From contig OZ024755.1 of the NCBI GenBank assembly GCA_964016885.1, forward strand, positions 1 through 64,000: a DNA stretch of 64,000 bases, given 5' to 3'. A program made the translations under genes and the position numbers. The notes under the pieces were generated by a model. That model was not told the DNA's origin and searched no databases. It saw only the letters and a list, made by a program, of their open reading frames with translations. Positions 1 to 12,549 of this stretch are shown in pieces. Positions within the stretch are counted from its first letter, which is position 1; each line of letters opens with the position of its first letter. Origin of the DNA: Eledone cirrhosa (Eukaryota).

Positions 1-45
1 CATATGTATGTGTATATATATACTAATATATATATATATATATAT

Positions 46-384
46 CAACTTCATCATACGTCCGCTTTTCCATGCTTGCAAGGGTGGGGTGGGAGCTGAT
101 TCTGGATTGGTTTCTACAGCTGGGTGCCCTTCCTGACGCCAACCCAGTTTGCAGTGAGTGCTGGGTGCTTTTCTTTTTTACGTGGCACCTCCACGTCAGC
201 TTTACAGAGCGGGCTGGGTGCTTTTTTGCCGTGGCGCCTCCACGACCACTTTACGGTGGGGTGGTGGGGTGGTATGTGTATACCCAGCCCATTGTCATTT
301 CCCACCCAGAAAAGTTCATAGCACCGTTCTTTACCCACGATGAATCTAGCAGACCCACCCCTCCACCTGGTCTCTTGAATACAA
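46..384 (-). mobile_element. Internally deleted RTE-clade LINE (endonuclease N-terminal piece fused to 3' UTR/tail), copy 1
   Basis: Minus strand encodes CIQETRW..GSARFIVGKERCYELFWVGNDNGLG (APE endonuclease N-terminus), joined directly to the RTE 3' tail seen in the LINEs at 1538 and 50100; closely matches 24601-24928. Confidence 0.75.
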
Positions 385-1536
385 CAGTGGTTTCACTAAA
401 ATAAAAATTAAATTAAATTAAATTAAATTAATTATATTAGATAAATAGACATTGGGGTTCTCACCAAAGATTTTCAGTTATTTCTAAGAGATGTAAAAGG
501 AAAATTTAAAAAAGATTAATAGGACACATTAGACATGTCTCCAAGCAAGAATTGAACTTACAGACAAGGATCTCACCATCTCTGGTACTTCCCACTAAGC
601 CACCAAGACTGCTACAAAGGTCTATTGAAAATTAATATTTATAAACCTACTTTCAAAATATAACTAATTTAATTAAAAATAAAATAAAATAAATAGACAT
701 TGGCGTTCTCACAAAACTTTTTCAGTTCTTTTTTCTAAGAAATGTCAAAGGAATATATATATATATATATTTTATTTTTAATTTTATTTTGAAAGTAGGT
801 TTATAAATATTAAATTTCAGTACATCTTTGTATCAGTCTCGGTAGCTTAGTGGGAAGTACCAGAGATGGTGAGATCCTGTTCTGGGTGTTCAATCCTGGT
901 CTGAGGGTTGAATTGGGGACTCAGGTTCAATCCTGGTCCATGAGATACATGTAAGGTGTCATGTTAATCTTTTATAATTTTCTTTCTATATCTCTTTGAA
1001 AAAGAGAACCCCTATTTATTTAATTATATTGAATTGAATTTTTTATTTTAGTTAAATTGTCGAAAACACTGAAGATCTAAAGGTTGAGGAGACAATATGT
1101 CTATTTTATCTGTCTCCTCTAACTTTAGATCACCAGTGGTTTTGACAATTTAACTAAAGTAAAATAAAATAAAATAAATTAAATTATATTAGATAAATAG
1201 ACATTGGGGTTCTCACCAAAGATTTTCAGTTTTTTCTGAGGAAAATTTAAAAAAAGATTAACAGGACACATTACAGCAATGATTGAACTCCCAGACCAGG
1301 ATTGAACCTACAGACAAGGACCTCACCATCTCTGGTACTTCCCACTAAGCCGCCAAGACTGCTACAAAGGTCTGCTGATAATTAATATTTATAAACCTAA
1401 TTTCAAAATAAAATTAATGTTATTAATTTTATTTAAAAATAAAATAAAATAAATAAACATTGGGGTTCTCACAAAACTTTTTCATTTTTTTTCTAAGAAA
1501 TGTCAAAGGAATATATATATATATATATATATATAT
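385..1536. repeat. Direct-inverted-direct triplication of a ~370-400 bp unit with a tRNA-like (A box/B box) segment
   Basis: 431-770 recurs at 1181-1536; ~790-1030 is the reverse complement; imperfect hairpin at 1041-1165; gcttagtgg and gttcaatcc boxes at 845-897. Confidence 0.7.
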
Positions 1537-1537
1537 C

Positions 1538-3463
1538 TCATCATCATCATCATCATCATCGTTTAACGTCCATATTCCACGCTTGCATGGGTTTGGACGG
1601 GAATTTTCCCACTTGAGGCAAGAGTGGTTGTCTTGCTCGCATAGGACTGTCTGGCGGGTTTTCTACAGCTGGATGCCCTTCCTAACACCAACCGCATTTA
1701 CAGTGTGGGACTGGGAGGTTTTTACCGTGTTACCTACACGGCCACATTACTGCGTGGACTGTGTTTTTTTTTTTTGTCGTGACACCTACACGACCTCATT
1801 TGTTTCGGCCTGGATGTTGTGGCACCAACATAACTTTACATTGAAAGGGGCGGTGTGGATGGGGTGGGGGTGTATTTTGTTAGAGGTGCCTACTGACTGT
1901 AGTAGGTTTTACTTTGTATCTAGGTAAGGCGGGTCTTCTCTATTACTGAGTACCGCCAAAGATCTCGGTCCAGTGACATTGTCTTGGAGAGGTGTAAGTG
2001 TGTGAGGTCGGAATTTATCAAGTCGTCCCAGGTTTTTCTGGGTCTGCCTACTCCGTGGCTACCGTCTATCTTTATTGCCCTGCATTTTTTTTATACAGCT
2101 GTCGTCTTTCATCCGCATCACGTGGACCATACCAACGTAGTCTTCTCTCGAGTACACAACATCTGATCCCTCTTATTTCTAATTTTTCCCTTAGTTCGTT
2201 TATGCTTTGCCGTTCACATATATTACTATTACACATCCAGCGAAGCATGCAAGCTTCGTTCCTCTCTAGTCTGCGTATATCCTCTGCACACAATGCCCAG
2301 GTCTCACTGCCATGCAACATTGCTGTTCATATGCAGGCATCATACAACCTGCCTTTCATTTTTAGGGAGAACCCTTTAGCGGCTAATAGTGGTATAAGCT
2401 CTCTGAACTTTTTCCATCCAGTTCTGACTCTAGCTACTGTACTTTCAGAGCACCCTCCCCCACTGCTGATTTTGTCACCCAGGTAACGGAAGCTGTCCAC
2501 TATTTCTATAGAACCCTCTGCGCAATTGAAAGAGCTAGTATTTTGTGGGCACTTGCTGCTACTTATTGCACCAGAGCACCGGCCACATGTAAAATCTATG
2601 TTCTTAGTTAGCTTACCTGTGATCCCACTACATCTTTTATGAACCCATACTTTGCATTTGGGACATAAAATGGAGTTTCTACCTACGCCTTTCCTACACA
2701 CTGAGCATGGCCATTTCCCGGAAGGGACCGGCGCCTTATTTTCTTTCCTACAAACTAGAACTTTAGTCTTAGCCAGGTTAATTTTAAGGCCTTCTGATTC
2801 TAGGCCTTGCTTCCATGTTTGGAATTTCTTCTCTAGCTCGGCCATTGATTCAGCTATGAGCGTTAGATCATCTGCGTATAGGAGTTCCCATGGGCAGCCG
2901 GTCTTGAACTCCACTGTTATAGCCTGAAGGGCAATAATAAATAGTAGGGGGCTAAGGACGGAGCCCTGATGAACACCAACTTTTACGCTAAACTCTTCAC
3001 TATATTCGTTGTTAATTCTAACCTTGCTGACTGTTTCTTTATACATGGCTCGTATAGCTCTCACAAGCCATTCCTCAACACCTAGTTTTCTAAGAGCCCA
3101 CCAGATAATGGAACGGGGGACTCTGTCGAAGGCTTTCTCCAAGTCAACAAAAGCTAAGTATAGGGGTTTACTTTTAACTAGGTACTTCTCCTGTAGTTGT
3201 CGTACAATGAAAAGAGCGTCTGTGGTACTTTTACCTGACACAAACCCGAACTGCATTTCATCTAGATCAATTCTCTCTCTGATTAGTTGCGCTATTACTT
3301 TTTCCGTGACCTTCATGACCTGGTCGATTAATTTAATGCCTCTATAGTTACTCCTATCTAGGGCATCTCCTTTACCCTTGTAACAGTTAATGATGATGCT
3401 GCTACGCCAGTCCTTCAGAACAACCCCATTCTGTATGACTTGGTTTACTATCCGGGTGACCAT
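1538..3463 (-). mobile_element. 5'-truncated RTE-clade LINE (RT, 3' UTR, (TGA)n tail)
   Basis: ORF with NYRGIKL, QFGF, FVDLEKAFDRVP, GVHQGSVLSPLLF, YADD and FRYLG; in-frame stop at 2327; (tca)n at 1538-1560. Confidence 0.95.
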
Positions 3464-4289
3464 TACGTGTATACATCTGAAAATGTATATATGTATGCAA
3501 AGATATAAGTAAACATACATGTATACATATAGATGGACAGTTATGCATATACAATAACTTATTTCTATACATACATATACCACAAGTAAGGCATGGTGCT
3601 GCCAACTAACCAGACCTCCCTCATAATGGACCAGCTAGATCCCAAAATACAGGCCTGCTTGCCAACACACAGTCCCAATAAGTGTAAGTTACAGCGCAGC
3701 TATCTGGACAGACTTGTCTTAAGACTACACACTATCCCACTACATCTTTTGTATACTATATATATACTGTTTATATATATATATACTATATATATATATA
3801 CTGTTTATATATATATATACTATATATATATATACTGTTTATATATATATACACACATATAATTGTGTATTCACACATTATCTTAGTAATGAAATAATTA
3901 ATAATTTTAGTAAATTGTTCAAAATTCTTCATTAACCCTTTTGGTAGAAACCCAGCCAAAATTAGTTCTCGTACTATGGAAATGGTTCCTATCTAAATTA
4001 AAGTCTTCCAACAAAATTCTATATAACAACCATATGGTAAGTTACTATGTTAGTAATTAACTAACAATTGTGATAAATAGCTCAAAATTATTCATAATTA
4101 ATTGAATTATAAGGTTCATAATTATAATAAAATCTTCAAATAGGCTACGAAACCGGTAAACCTGAAAGGTACACAACACACACACATTGCTATAGCGTTT
4201 CACCAGCCCCTTCCTTCCTGAATTATTACAGAGATGTGTGTGTATGTAATAATTATTTGTATAATGTGTGTCTATTTATGAATATGTAT

Positions 4290-5030
4290 GAGTAGATGTG
4301 TGTGTGTGTATCACAGTAGATGTGTATGTAACACAGTAGATGTGTATATGTAACAGAGTAGATGTGTGTTTGCATGTAACTCAGTATATGTGTATGTAAC
4401 TCAGTAGATGTGTGTGTGTAACACAGTAGATGTGTGTGTGTAACACGGTAGATGTGTGTGTGTAACACGGTAGATGTGTGTGTGTAACACGGTAGATGTG
4501 TGTATGTAACAGTAGATGTGTATGTATGTAACACAGTAGATGTGTATGTATGTAACACAGTAGATGTGTGTATGTAACACAGTACATGTGTGTGTATGTA
4601 ACTCAGTAGATGTGTGTGTATGTAACTCAGTAGATGTGTGTATGTAACACAGTAGATTGTGTGTATGTAACATAGAAGATGTGTGTAACACAGTAGATGT
4701 GTGTGTATGTAACACAGTAGATCTGTGTGTATGTAACTCAGTAGATGTGTGTGTATGTAACACAGGTGTGTGTATGTAACACAGTAGATGTGTGTATGTA
4801 ACATAGTAGATGTGTGTATGTAACACAGAAGATGTGTGTGTATGTAACACAGTAGATGTGTGTGTATGTAACTCAGTAGATGTGTGTGTATGTAACACAG
4901 TAGATGTGTGTGTAACACAGTAGATGTGTATGTAACGCAGTAGATGTGTGTGTATGTAACCCAGTTGATGTGTGTGTATGTAACACAGTAGATGTGTGTA
5001 TGTAACATAGTATATGTGTATGTAACTAAA
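4290..5030. repeat. Minisatellite, ~19-23 bp unit GTAACACAGTAGAT(GT)nAT
   Basis: About 30 visible tandem units varying in GT count. Confidence 0.95.
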
Positions 5031-5399
5031 GTGTAACGTACGTTACAAATGGACGACAAAATGATTTTAACTTGTTTTTTAACAATTGATGGTGGAAAAG
5101 ATTTTAAATTGTCTTAACTCAGACCATAAAGGGCCGCAACACATGGAGTCTGACACTCTTACCGGCTACATAGCCTGGGCGTCTATTTTACCGCGACCGG
5201 CTACATAGCATCTTCCTAAAATCTTCCAACATAATTTTATACAAGAACCACATGTTAAGTTACTAATAAAATAATTAATAAATAAAAACATTAGTAAGTC
5301 CTTCAAATGATATCTCAGTAATGAAATAATTAATAATTGTTATAAATACCTCAAAATTCCTCATTAATTAAACCTCATTAATTAATTAAGCCGCTGAAA

Positions 5400-5505
5400 A
5401 GTGCAACAGATGCCCTCTTCTTAGTGAGACAACTACAAAAGAGGTTCTTAGAGAAAAATAAGCCACTATACTTAGCTTTGGACATAGAGAAGGCTTTTGA
5501 TAGAG
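5400..5505 (+). mobile_element. Small RTE RT fragment
   Basis: Near-identical to 8510-8615 (TDALFL.RQLQ.RFLEKNKPLYLA..EKAFDR). Confidence 0.8.
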
Positions 5506-5599
5506 AACTCTTATAAATGACAACATATATATATGTGTGTGTATATATATGTTTTTTTTTAAACTATATATTTATTACTCCCTTAAGCAGAAGAAATAT

Positions 5600-5875
5600 A
5601 TTCCCAGATATCGAAGATTACCACAATAACTAGGGAGCGGAAATCAATAGATGCTGGACATTGCTGCTGAGGGTAGGATGACCTGATGAGCTGGCTCCTG
5701 TGGTGGATACCTAAACATAGTAAGACCCTAGTGGGATGACTGAGGTTCACCTACATACATCAGATGTCTCTGGATCTCCAGCTGGAGATTAATGATCTCA
5801 GGAATGCCATGAAAAATCGTGACATCTAAAAAAGAAGAGTAGAATTGTTCTGGCCAATCCACCTGACCTAATAAA
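5600..5875 (+). mobile_element. Degenerate 3' end of a second LINE family
   Basis: Decayed AGHC..LLWIPKH..RP..TYI..LEINDLRNAMKNRD C-terminal motif followed by (aat)n. Confidence 0.5.
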
Positions 5876-5994
5876 CAATAATAATATTAATATATATTGA
5901 TGAAAATTAATTATGGTGAAATATCTTAGAAATCATTCTCAGAGGTTTTGTATTGTAATCCACACTTGCTCCTTGTGGCTTCTGATGCAGACAT

Positions 5995-7540
5995 CATGTC
6001 CGCCATCAGGTCCTTCCCAGCTAGCAGCTGCGGAGATGTTGATGGTCTCTGACCAGGCCTCCTCAAGGAGTTGATATCTCCCCTCTCCGCTGAGGCCGGG
6101 CGCCGCCTTCTGAGTGCAATTGTGGCGCTCACCAATAGGCTCATCCATGGCGCCCTGGACTCTTATGCTCGAGGCCTCTTTTTTTCGGCCAGCCTCACCG
6201 CTCTCAGGAAGAAAGAGGATGGCATACGCCCCATTGCTGTGGGCAATGTCTTCCGGAGGCTGGCTGCCAAGGTAATCTGCAAGTCCGTAACACTCGGAAC
6301 CGGCATCCAGGGCCTCCAGCCACCTCATTGTCAAGTTTGACATGAGGAATGCCTTCAACTCTTTACGCTGGGATCATCTGCTCGAGGCCTGCCTCAGCCG
6401 AGCCCCCTCTGCCTACCTGTCATATGGAGCCCCAAGCATGCGCCATGCTGCTGATACGGTCATACCCTTGGCTACTGGGATCCAACAGGGCAACCCTTTG
6501 GGACCCCTCCTGTTCACCCTTGGTATTGACCACATCGCCTGGAGTATAACAGCCCCTCTCAACGTTTGGTATCTGGATGATGCTACTTTGGGTGGGCCCG
6601 TACAGGCGGTCTGCCATGACCTTCAATCGGTGGTTCCTGCCCTGGCGGGAATCGACCTCCAGGTCAACTCAGCCAAGTCGGAGGTGGTGAATGTCAGCCT
6701 CGATGCTGCAAGCTTTGCAGTCTCCGTCTTGGACGTGCGGTCCATTCTCCGCCAGGTTCAGGTGACCCCCAAAGAGGATGCCCTCACCGATCCACCCGCC
6801 GGCCATCCGCTCCTCCATCAAGTCCAGACTCTCACGAGCCGACTGGGCTTGATTGATGGCCACCCAGTTCTCTTTCTGCTGAGGAACTGCTACGCCATGC
6901 CGAAGCTCCTCTATACACTCTGTGCTACACCTAAACTTGTATCCGAGCAGCAGCCGATGAGATATGCAACTTTACCTGTCAGGTATGGCGGCCTTCGCCT
7001 CCAGTCCCCGATCTCACTAGCTTTGCCGGCATATCTTTCGTCGGTAACCTCGTACCACGTCCTCCTCAGCAGGGTTCTTCAAAACACAACAGAACCCTCT
7101 GTGTTCAGAGAACGCGTGGCCGCCTGTGAGACGTGGGACCGGCTGGGACTTAGCCCAGTAGACGTTCCTCCTCCTTCTCCCCCTGTTGACGTCAAGTCCC
7201 CCCCAACACACTTGGGATGCCATCCAGTGCAGCCTGGCCTCAGACAGGCTCACGCGCCAAATCGACCAGCACCGCCTTGTTTGTTTTCGTGCAGCCTCCA
7301 AACCCCACAGTGGGGCCTGGCTCCATGCCCTGCCCTCCTTCTCCACTCGCACGCAGCTAGACAACAATAGCTTGCGCATCGGCGTTTCCCTGAGGCTCGG
7401 CCTCACACCAATGTCGCTGCCGTTCCACCATGGACTCTTTCGGCCTCCACCCGCTTTCCTGTCGCCACAGTGCCAGCCGCAATCCACGCCATGCTGCCCT
7501 CAACGAAGTCATTAAGCATGGCTTGGACGCTGCAGGCCCA
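5995..7540 (+). mobile_element. CRE-clade (RLE-type) non-LTR retrotransposon RT pseudogene
   Basis: LTALRKKEDGIRPIAVGNVFRRLAAK, NAFNSL, GIQQGNPLGPLLF, WYLDDATL, LPVRYGGL, HSGAWLHALP..LRIGVSLRLG; frameshifted; GC-rich island. Confidence 0.85.
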
Positions 7541-7860
7541 TCATAATGCAAACTCACAACACCCTTCTTATGCAACCTCACCAAGCAACCCCACAACACA
7601 ACCTCACGTTCACAATTCACAACACTCAACAAGGCATTCGTTATCTAGGGTTTACAGTAAACATAGCGAGGTAAAACACACCCAGTACACTCTGTAAAGT
7701 GGTCATTAGGTTAAGATTAAACTGAAATCATACCTCCATTGTCGTTGGCGTATATTTTCTCTAAAACTTAATTTCATTGCTTTCATTTCTCTTCTTTTTC
7801 TTCTATTCCATCTAAATATGAAAAAAATTATACAGGTCATTTCGTCTTATCAAGAGGTCC

Positions 7861-7891
<31 letters not shown>

Positions 7892-8134
7892 CCGAGATAA
7901 TACCTTAAAATAATGGTAAAAAAAGTGTTTAATTACGAAAATCCTTTGAAATAACTTCCTCGCTCTTACTGGTCATACCTGCAAAACACAAAACACTAGC
8001 GTTAGAGTGAACAGTGCAGTGCAGTGCAGTGCAGTGCAATTTAGTATGGTGCAGTTTAGTGGCACAGTACACTGTAAAACATTTAGCCAATCTCTCAGAC
8101 ATTTACAAATCTTTCAAGATATATATATATATGG

Positions 8135-9128
8135 GAGAGAGAGAAATTACCCTCAGTAGATCAGACAGAGGGACCAGCTATTGAGATTAACGAATATAGG
8201 GTCCAAGAGGCGATTAAGGAAATGAAAAATGGTGAGGCTGCTGGACCATCGGAGATAGTTGCTGAGATGCTGAAGGCCTAAGGGGACGTAGGCACTAAAC
8301 TGGTTGCACACATCATCAATCAGGCTATATATGGCAGTGTCATACCCAAAGACTAGTGCAAAAGTAAAGGGGACGCTCTTGAGAGGAGAAATTATAGGGA
8401 TATAAAACTGATGGATCAGGTTATGAAAGTGGCAGAAAGGATATTAGCACAACTAATTAGAGAAAGGGTCAAACTAGATGAGATGCAATTTGGTTTTGTG
8501 CCTGGGAATAGTACAACAGATGCCCTCTTCTTGATGAGACAATTACAAGAGAGGTTCTTAGAGAAAAATAAGCCACTATACTTAGCCTTTGTTGACCTAG
8601 AGAAGGCCTTTGATAGGGTACGCCGATCTGTCATCTTATTATTTAACCTATAAATGGGGCCCCAACAGGTACTACTACACCAGGCCAGAGCAGACCTGGG
8701 AGTTATGACAACTAAGGGGGTAACTCCACGTTCCCCACAGTTCCTCCTGAACTTGAGCCTTGCCACTGGATGTAGTTTAATGTCATACCCAGGACAAATA
8801 TATACATATACACACATATATATATATATCAAAATTGATGGAAGTTACGGAGTAGGCAGACCCAGAAAAACCTGGGAAGATCTGATAAATTCCGACCTTA
8901 CATACATCTCTCCAAGACAATGTCACTGGACAGAGATCTTTGGCACTACGCAGTAATACAGAAGACCTGATTTGTCTATGTACAACGCGAAACCTCGTCA
9001 GTAGGCACCTCTTAACCAAAAATACACCCGCATCCCACTACCCTTTCCTCCAACCTCTTTCTCTGTAAAGTTATGTTGGTACCACAACATCCAGCCCTAA
9101 ATAAATGAGGTCGTGTAGATGTCACGAC

Positions 9129-9160
<32 letters not shown>

Positions 9161-9365
9161 CCACGCTGTAATGTGCCCGTGTAGGTAACACGGTAAAAAC
9201 CTCCCAGTCCACACTAAACGTGGTTGGTGTTAGGAAGGGCACCCAACCGTAGAAAACCTGCCAGACAGTCCTATACGAGCGAGAAAAACCAATCTTGCCT
9301 CAAGTGGGACATCTCCCGTCTAAACCCATGCTAGCGTGGAAGATAGACTTTAAACGATGATGATG
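8135..9365 (+). mobile_element. Internally deleted/interrupted RTE LINE
   Basis: RT N-half at 8135-8630 with stops, an inserted repeat, then GRPRKTW C-terminus, 3' UTR and (tga)n at 8830-9365; the 3' part resembles the reverse complement of 1540-2070. Confidence 0.85.
8630..8797 (+). mobile_element. Short interspersed repeat fragment interrupting the RTE
   Basis: Non-RT sequence (ccaggccagagcagacctggg...cccaggaca) ending in TA-rich DNA; recalled as a cephalopod SINE-type repeat. Confidence 0.5.
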
Positions 9366-9530
9366 ATATATACACATGGGATAACAAGTTATCGTTTTAG
9401 GTAATCAAGTGAGAGGTTTCCTTACTTAAGTAGCGAGTTTGCAATAATTCCCATGCAGGTCGATCTTGGAGTAATAGTAGTGAAAGAATGAAGAGTAAGA
9501 TGGTCGGCTGTATAAAAAGGGTTTTATTTA

Positions 9531-9630
9531 CAGTACTAACAATTGTTTCATTGAACAGGTGAGTCTAAAAGTCGCTAATCACTCGACCTTAAATACAGTG
9601 TGTGGCTCTGATAAAATCATCGGAATACTG
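9531..9630 (-). ncRNA. Decayed type I hammerhead ribozyme (Penelope-like pLTR remnant)
   Basis: Minus: CAGUAUU CCGAUGA U ~65 nt U GAAACAAUUGUU AGUACUG then AAUAAA; 7-bp helix I, palindromic ACAAUUGU, U4C core change. Confidence 0.5.
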
Positions 9631-10054
9631 GAGGGTGTAACACATGGCATTAGCATTTATAGATACATCAGAGAATCGAGTGAATGAAAACGAAAACATC
9701 AATAATAAAAGATAAACAATAATAAAAGTATAAAGAAGAAAGAATGACGATGTAAAAAATAAGTACAAAATACGGTTTCTGATAATAGTAGAAGTTATAG
9801 TGGTGAGTAAGTGGATGTGTAAAATAGTGATGACATGAAAAGGAATACGATATATGTTTTGAGTTTATAAATCAGCAAAATAAAAAGGCAAGTTGTATAA
9901 TAAAATATCAAAGGATTAAATAAATAATAAAAAGTAAGAGATAGAGAGATAAGGAATAGGAGACAGGGACTGAGAATATGGATTCGAGGATGAGACATAA
10001 AGGGTAGGAATAAGGAGAGGGACTAAAAGTTATGTTTTTCTTAACGATGATAAT

Positions 10055-10440
10055 ACAAAATTAGAGGAATCAAAAGAGAATTACAGTACTATTCACATGT
10101 AGTGCAACTGGTGAAAAGTTTAAACCCCTTTTTACTGAAAAAAAGCCTTAAACCTCGTTGTTTCAAGAATATTGACATTTCTAAACAGGAATTTTATTAT
10201 AAAAAGAACATTACGGATGGATGACAGACAATATATTTTCATTTTACCTAAAAGAAATCAATTACGAATTTTTTAAACAATAGAGAAAAGTATTATTGCT
10301 CCTTGATAATGCAGCATGCCACAAACAAAGCTTTTAAAATATAAAACTTTTTTTTTCTACCCTCGAACACAACTACAAAATTACAACCTTTAGACCAAGG
10401 AATAATTTGGTCATTCAAATGCAACTACAATACGATTTTT
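10055..10440 (+). mobile_element. pogo/Tigger (DDE_1) transposase remnant
   Basis: RITVLFTCSATGEK, KPRCFKN, WMT, LLLLDNAACH, NTTTKLQPLDQGIIWSFKCNY. Confidence 0.85.
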
Positions 10441-10514
10441 ATTAATAAAGTTGGTTAATAAAGATGTGAAAGTGTCAATTTAAAAGGAACGTCATGAGTT
10501 ACGCCCCTTTATTT

Positions 10515-10580
10515 TCCGAGTTCAACTTGGCCTTTCATCCTTATAGGGTCGATAAATAAAGTACCAGTGATGCACTGGAA
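10515..10580 (+). mobile_element. SINE body fragment
   Basis: gcctttcatccttatagggtcgataaataaagtaccagt; same family as 22075-22470. Confidence 0.65.
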
Positions 10581-10993
10581 TAATTGCTGGCAAAAGTAAA
10601 AACAGTTATTGCATGGTAATTTTGGTCAGTCCAGGCATGGGATTCGGTTGTAAAAGAGACAATTGTAAATTGCTGGGAAAAAAATCAGGTCTACGAATAC
10701 AAAATTCAATGAGTGAAGATTCGCTTGCAAAAACATCAGTTGCATTGTGTTTAGAAAATGGGGAATACGAGCTGAAATACGCACTTAAGGAACTCAAGGA
10801 GCTAAAATATGATAATGTTACTTTTACAATTAAAACTTAAATTTAAATTTTTAGGTCTTGTTTTTAGTTTGGGGAGGGGGGGGGGGTGTCAAAATAACCA
10901 ACTTTTCTTTTAAAATATTAATTAAGGTAAACATGACAACTTAAATTCAAGTTTGTCAAAAAAAAAAAAAAAAAGGTCATTATTGACATTTTT

Positions 10994-11026
<33 letters not shown>

Positions 11027-11076
11027 CATACATACTTATATATACATACATATATACTTATATATACATACATACA

Positions 11077-12150
11077 CTAGCAGAAGTACCCGGCGTTGCC
11101 CGGGTGTAAGTCGACCTTTGGTCTGTTAGAATGTGTGAAAGTAACTTCCCTCGCATCACAGGTTCAAAACTTCGAACTTCAATGAAAAAAAAATAGGTTA
11201 GTAGACGCAGGTGTGTAATTTATTAATTGTAGTTACACAGTGTATCGTTGAAATTGTTCTCTGCACGACTGACGGAAGTCAAAATCGCTTGATATTGAAT
11301 GTTCAGTTAATTTAAAGCAGGGTGAAAATGTCGATTTTTTACAGGTTTTTTTTTATTTTTTTTTTACAATTTTTGCGCTCACATGTGCAGAAGAAGAATT
11401 AAAAGGGCCTTTATCTTAACCGCGGCACAATGGCGAGTCTCTTGTGACAGTTTTCAAGAATATCGGACGTTCCTGTAAAAAGTTTTTCCATGTGTAACTT
11501 TGCCTTGTTTTTTTGCGCAAAGTCGAGCCCCGCTTCAGTTTTATTGATTTTTTACATCAATGCGTGATGTCTTAAGTAGATTTGAGTAGCTAAAAACCTG
11601 TCACGGTAAATTTGCTATAGGTGAAAAAAAGTTGATCAAAATTGTATCTAGGGTTATTGCCCTTTGCAACAGCCTCAACGTGTCTTCAAGTATGGTTTGT
11701 TAATTTGCTGTGGAACTAAATCTACTTTCGTCAAATCGGACCGAGGAATCAATGTTTCCATTTCTCTTTCTAGCTAGTGTACCCGGATACACACGGGTTT
11801 ATAAGGCGCTGGATTTAACTAAATGAAGAACAAACGTTTCCTTTTGTGCTCCAATCTGTGATATTGGTATTTTGAAAAAAATAGTCCACAAACATCCATG
11901 GAGCATGTGTAACGCATGTATCAGGTTATGAGAAAAAGGGTTTTCGATTCTCCATACATAAGATACAAAACAATTGCACGCAAATAAAACGGGATTTTAA
12001 GGCACTGCCCAATTCATAGCTGAAAGGTAAGAATCAACTAAGAGTTCTTGTGTTCGAATTCACATAAAATTTCATTGGAATCGAAAAACATTGTCATAGG
12101 GCCCGATTATCGATTTTTCGAAAATTTCAAGTAGCCTATTCCACTCTACG
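11077..12150 (-). mobile_element. Non-autonomous Helitron
   Basis: 3' CTAG at 11077-11080 preceded by hairpin ACCCGGGCAACGCCGGGT; second CTAG plus hairpin at 11774-11798; 5' boundary approximate. Confidence 0.65.
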
Positions 12151-12549
12151 CTATATATATATATACTACGGGTGGTTTTCTGCTAGCATGTGTAGTGTGT
12201 ATATTGATATTATACGCAAGTATATATACATGTAGATATGATACGTCAAATAAAATCGCAATTGACAATATACACATTAGTTGAACGAAGACTGTGTTAC
12301 ACTGTCTTATGTGATAAATGATACATTTATAGATAAGGATGAGGGGCTAAATATTATCTATATGATTTTACATTGTTGTTATAGGTCTTCGAAGGATATT
12401 AGTTATAAGTGATATAATTGAAATACCTTAATCGAAGAGTTGGTAGCTTCTTATCGGTAGTAACTGCTTCTGACTTCCAGGATATAAATAAATAGCTCTT
12501 CAATGCTCACTCCTCTATAAATATAATTTTATTTGTCGAAAAGGATTGT

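Noticed and set aside
2652-3347. Antisense ORFs over RT genes (also 48832-49464)
   Set aside because: Shadow frames of the RT coding sequence.
4253-5059. His/Thr/Tyr ORFs and CRISPR-like periodicity
   Set aside because: Minisatellite without unique spacers in eukaryotic DNA.
5683-5692. CTGATGA motif (also near 14972, 19130 and 46006)
   Set aside because: No helix II, GAAA or helix I partner.
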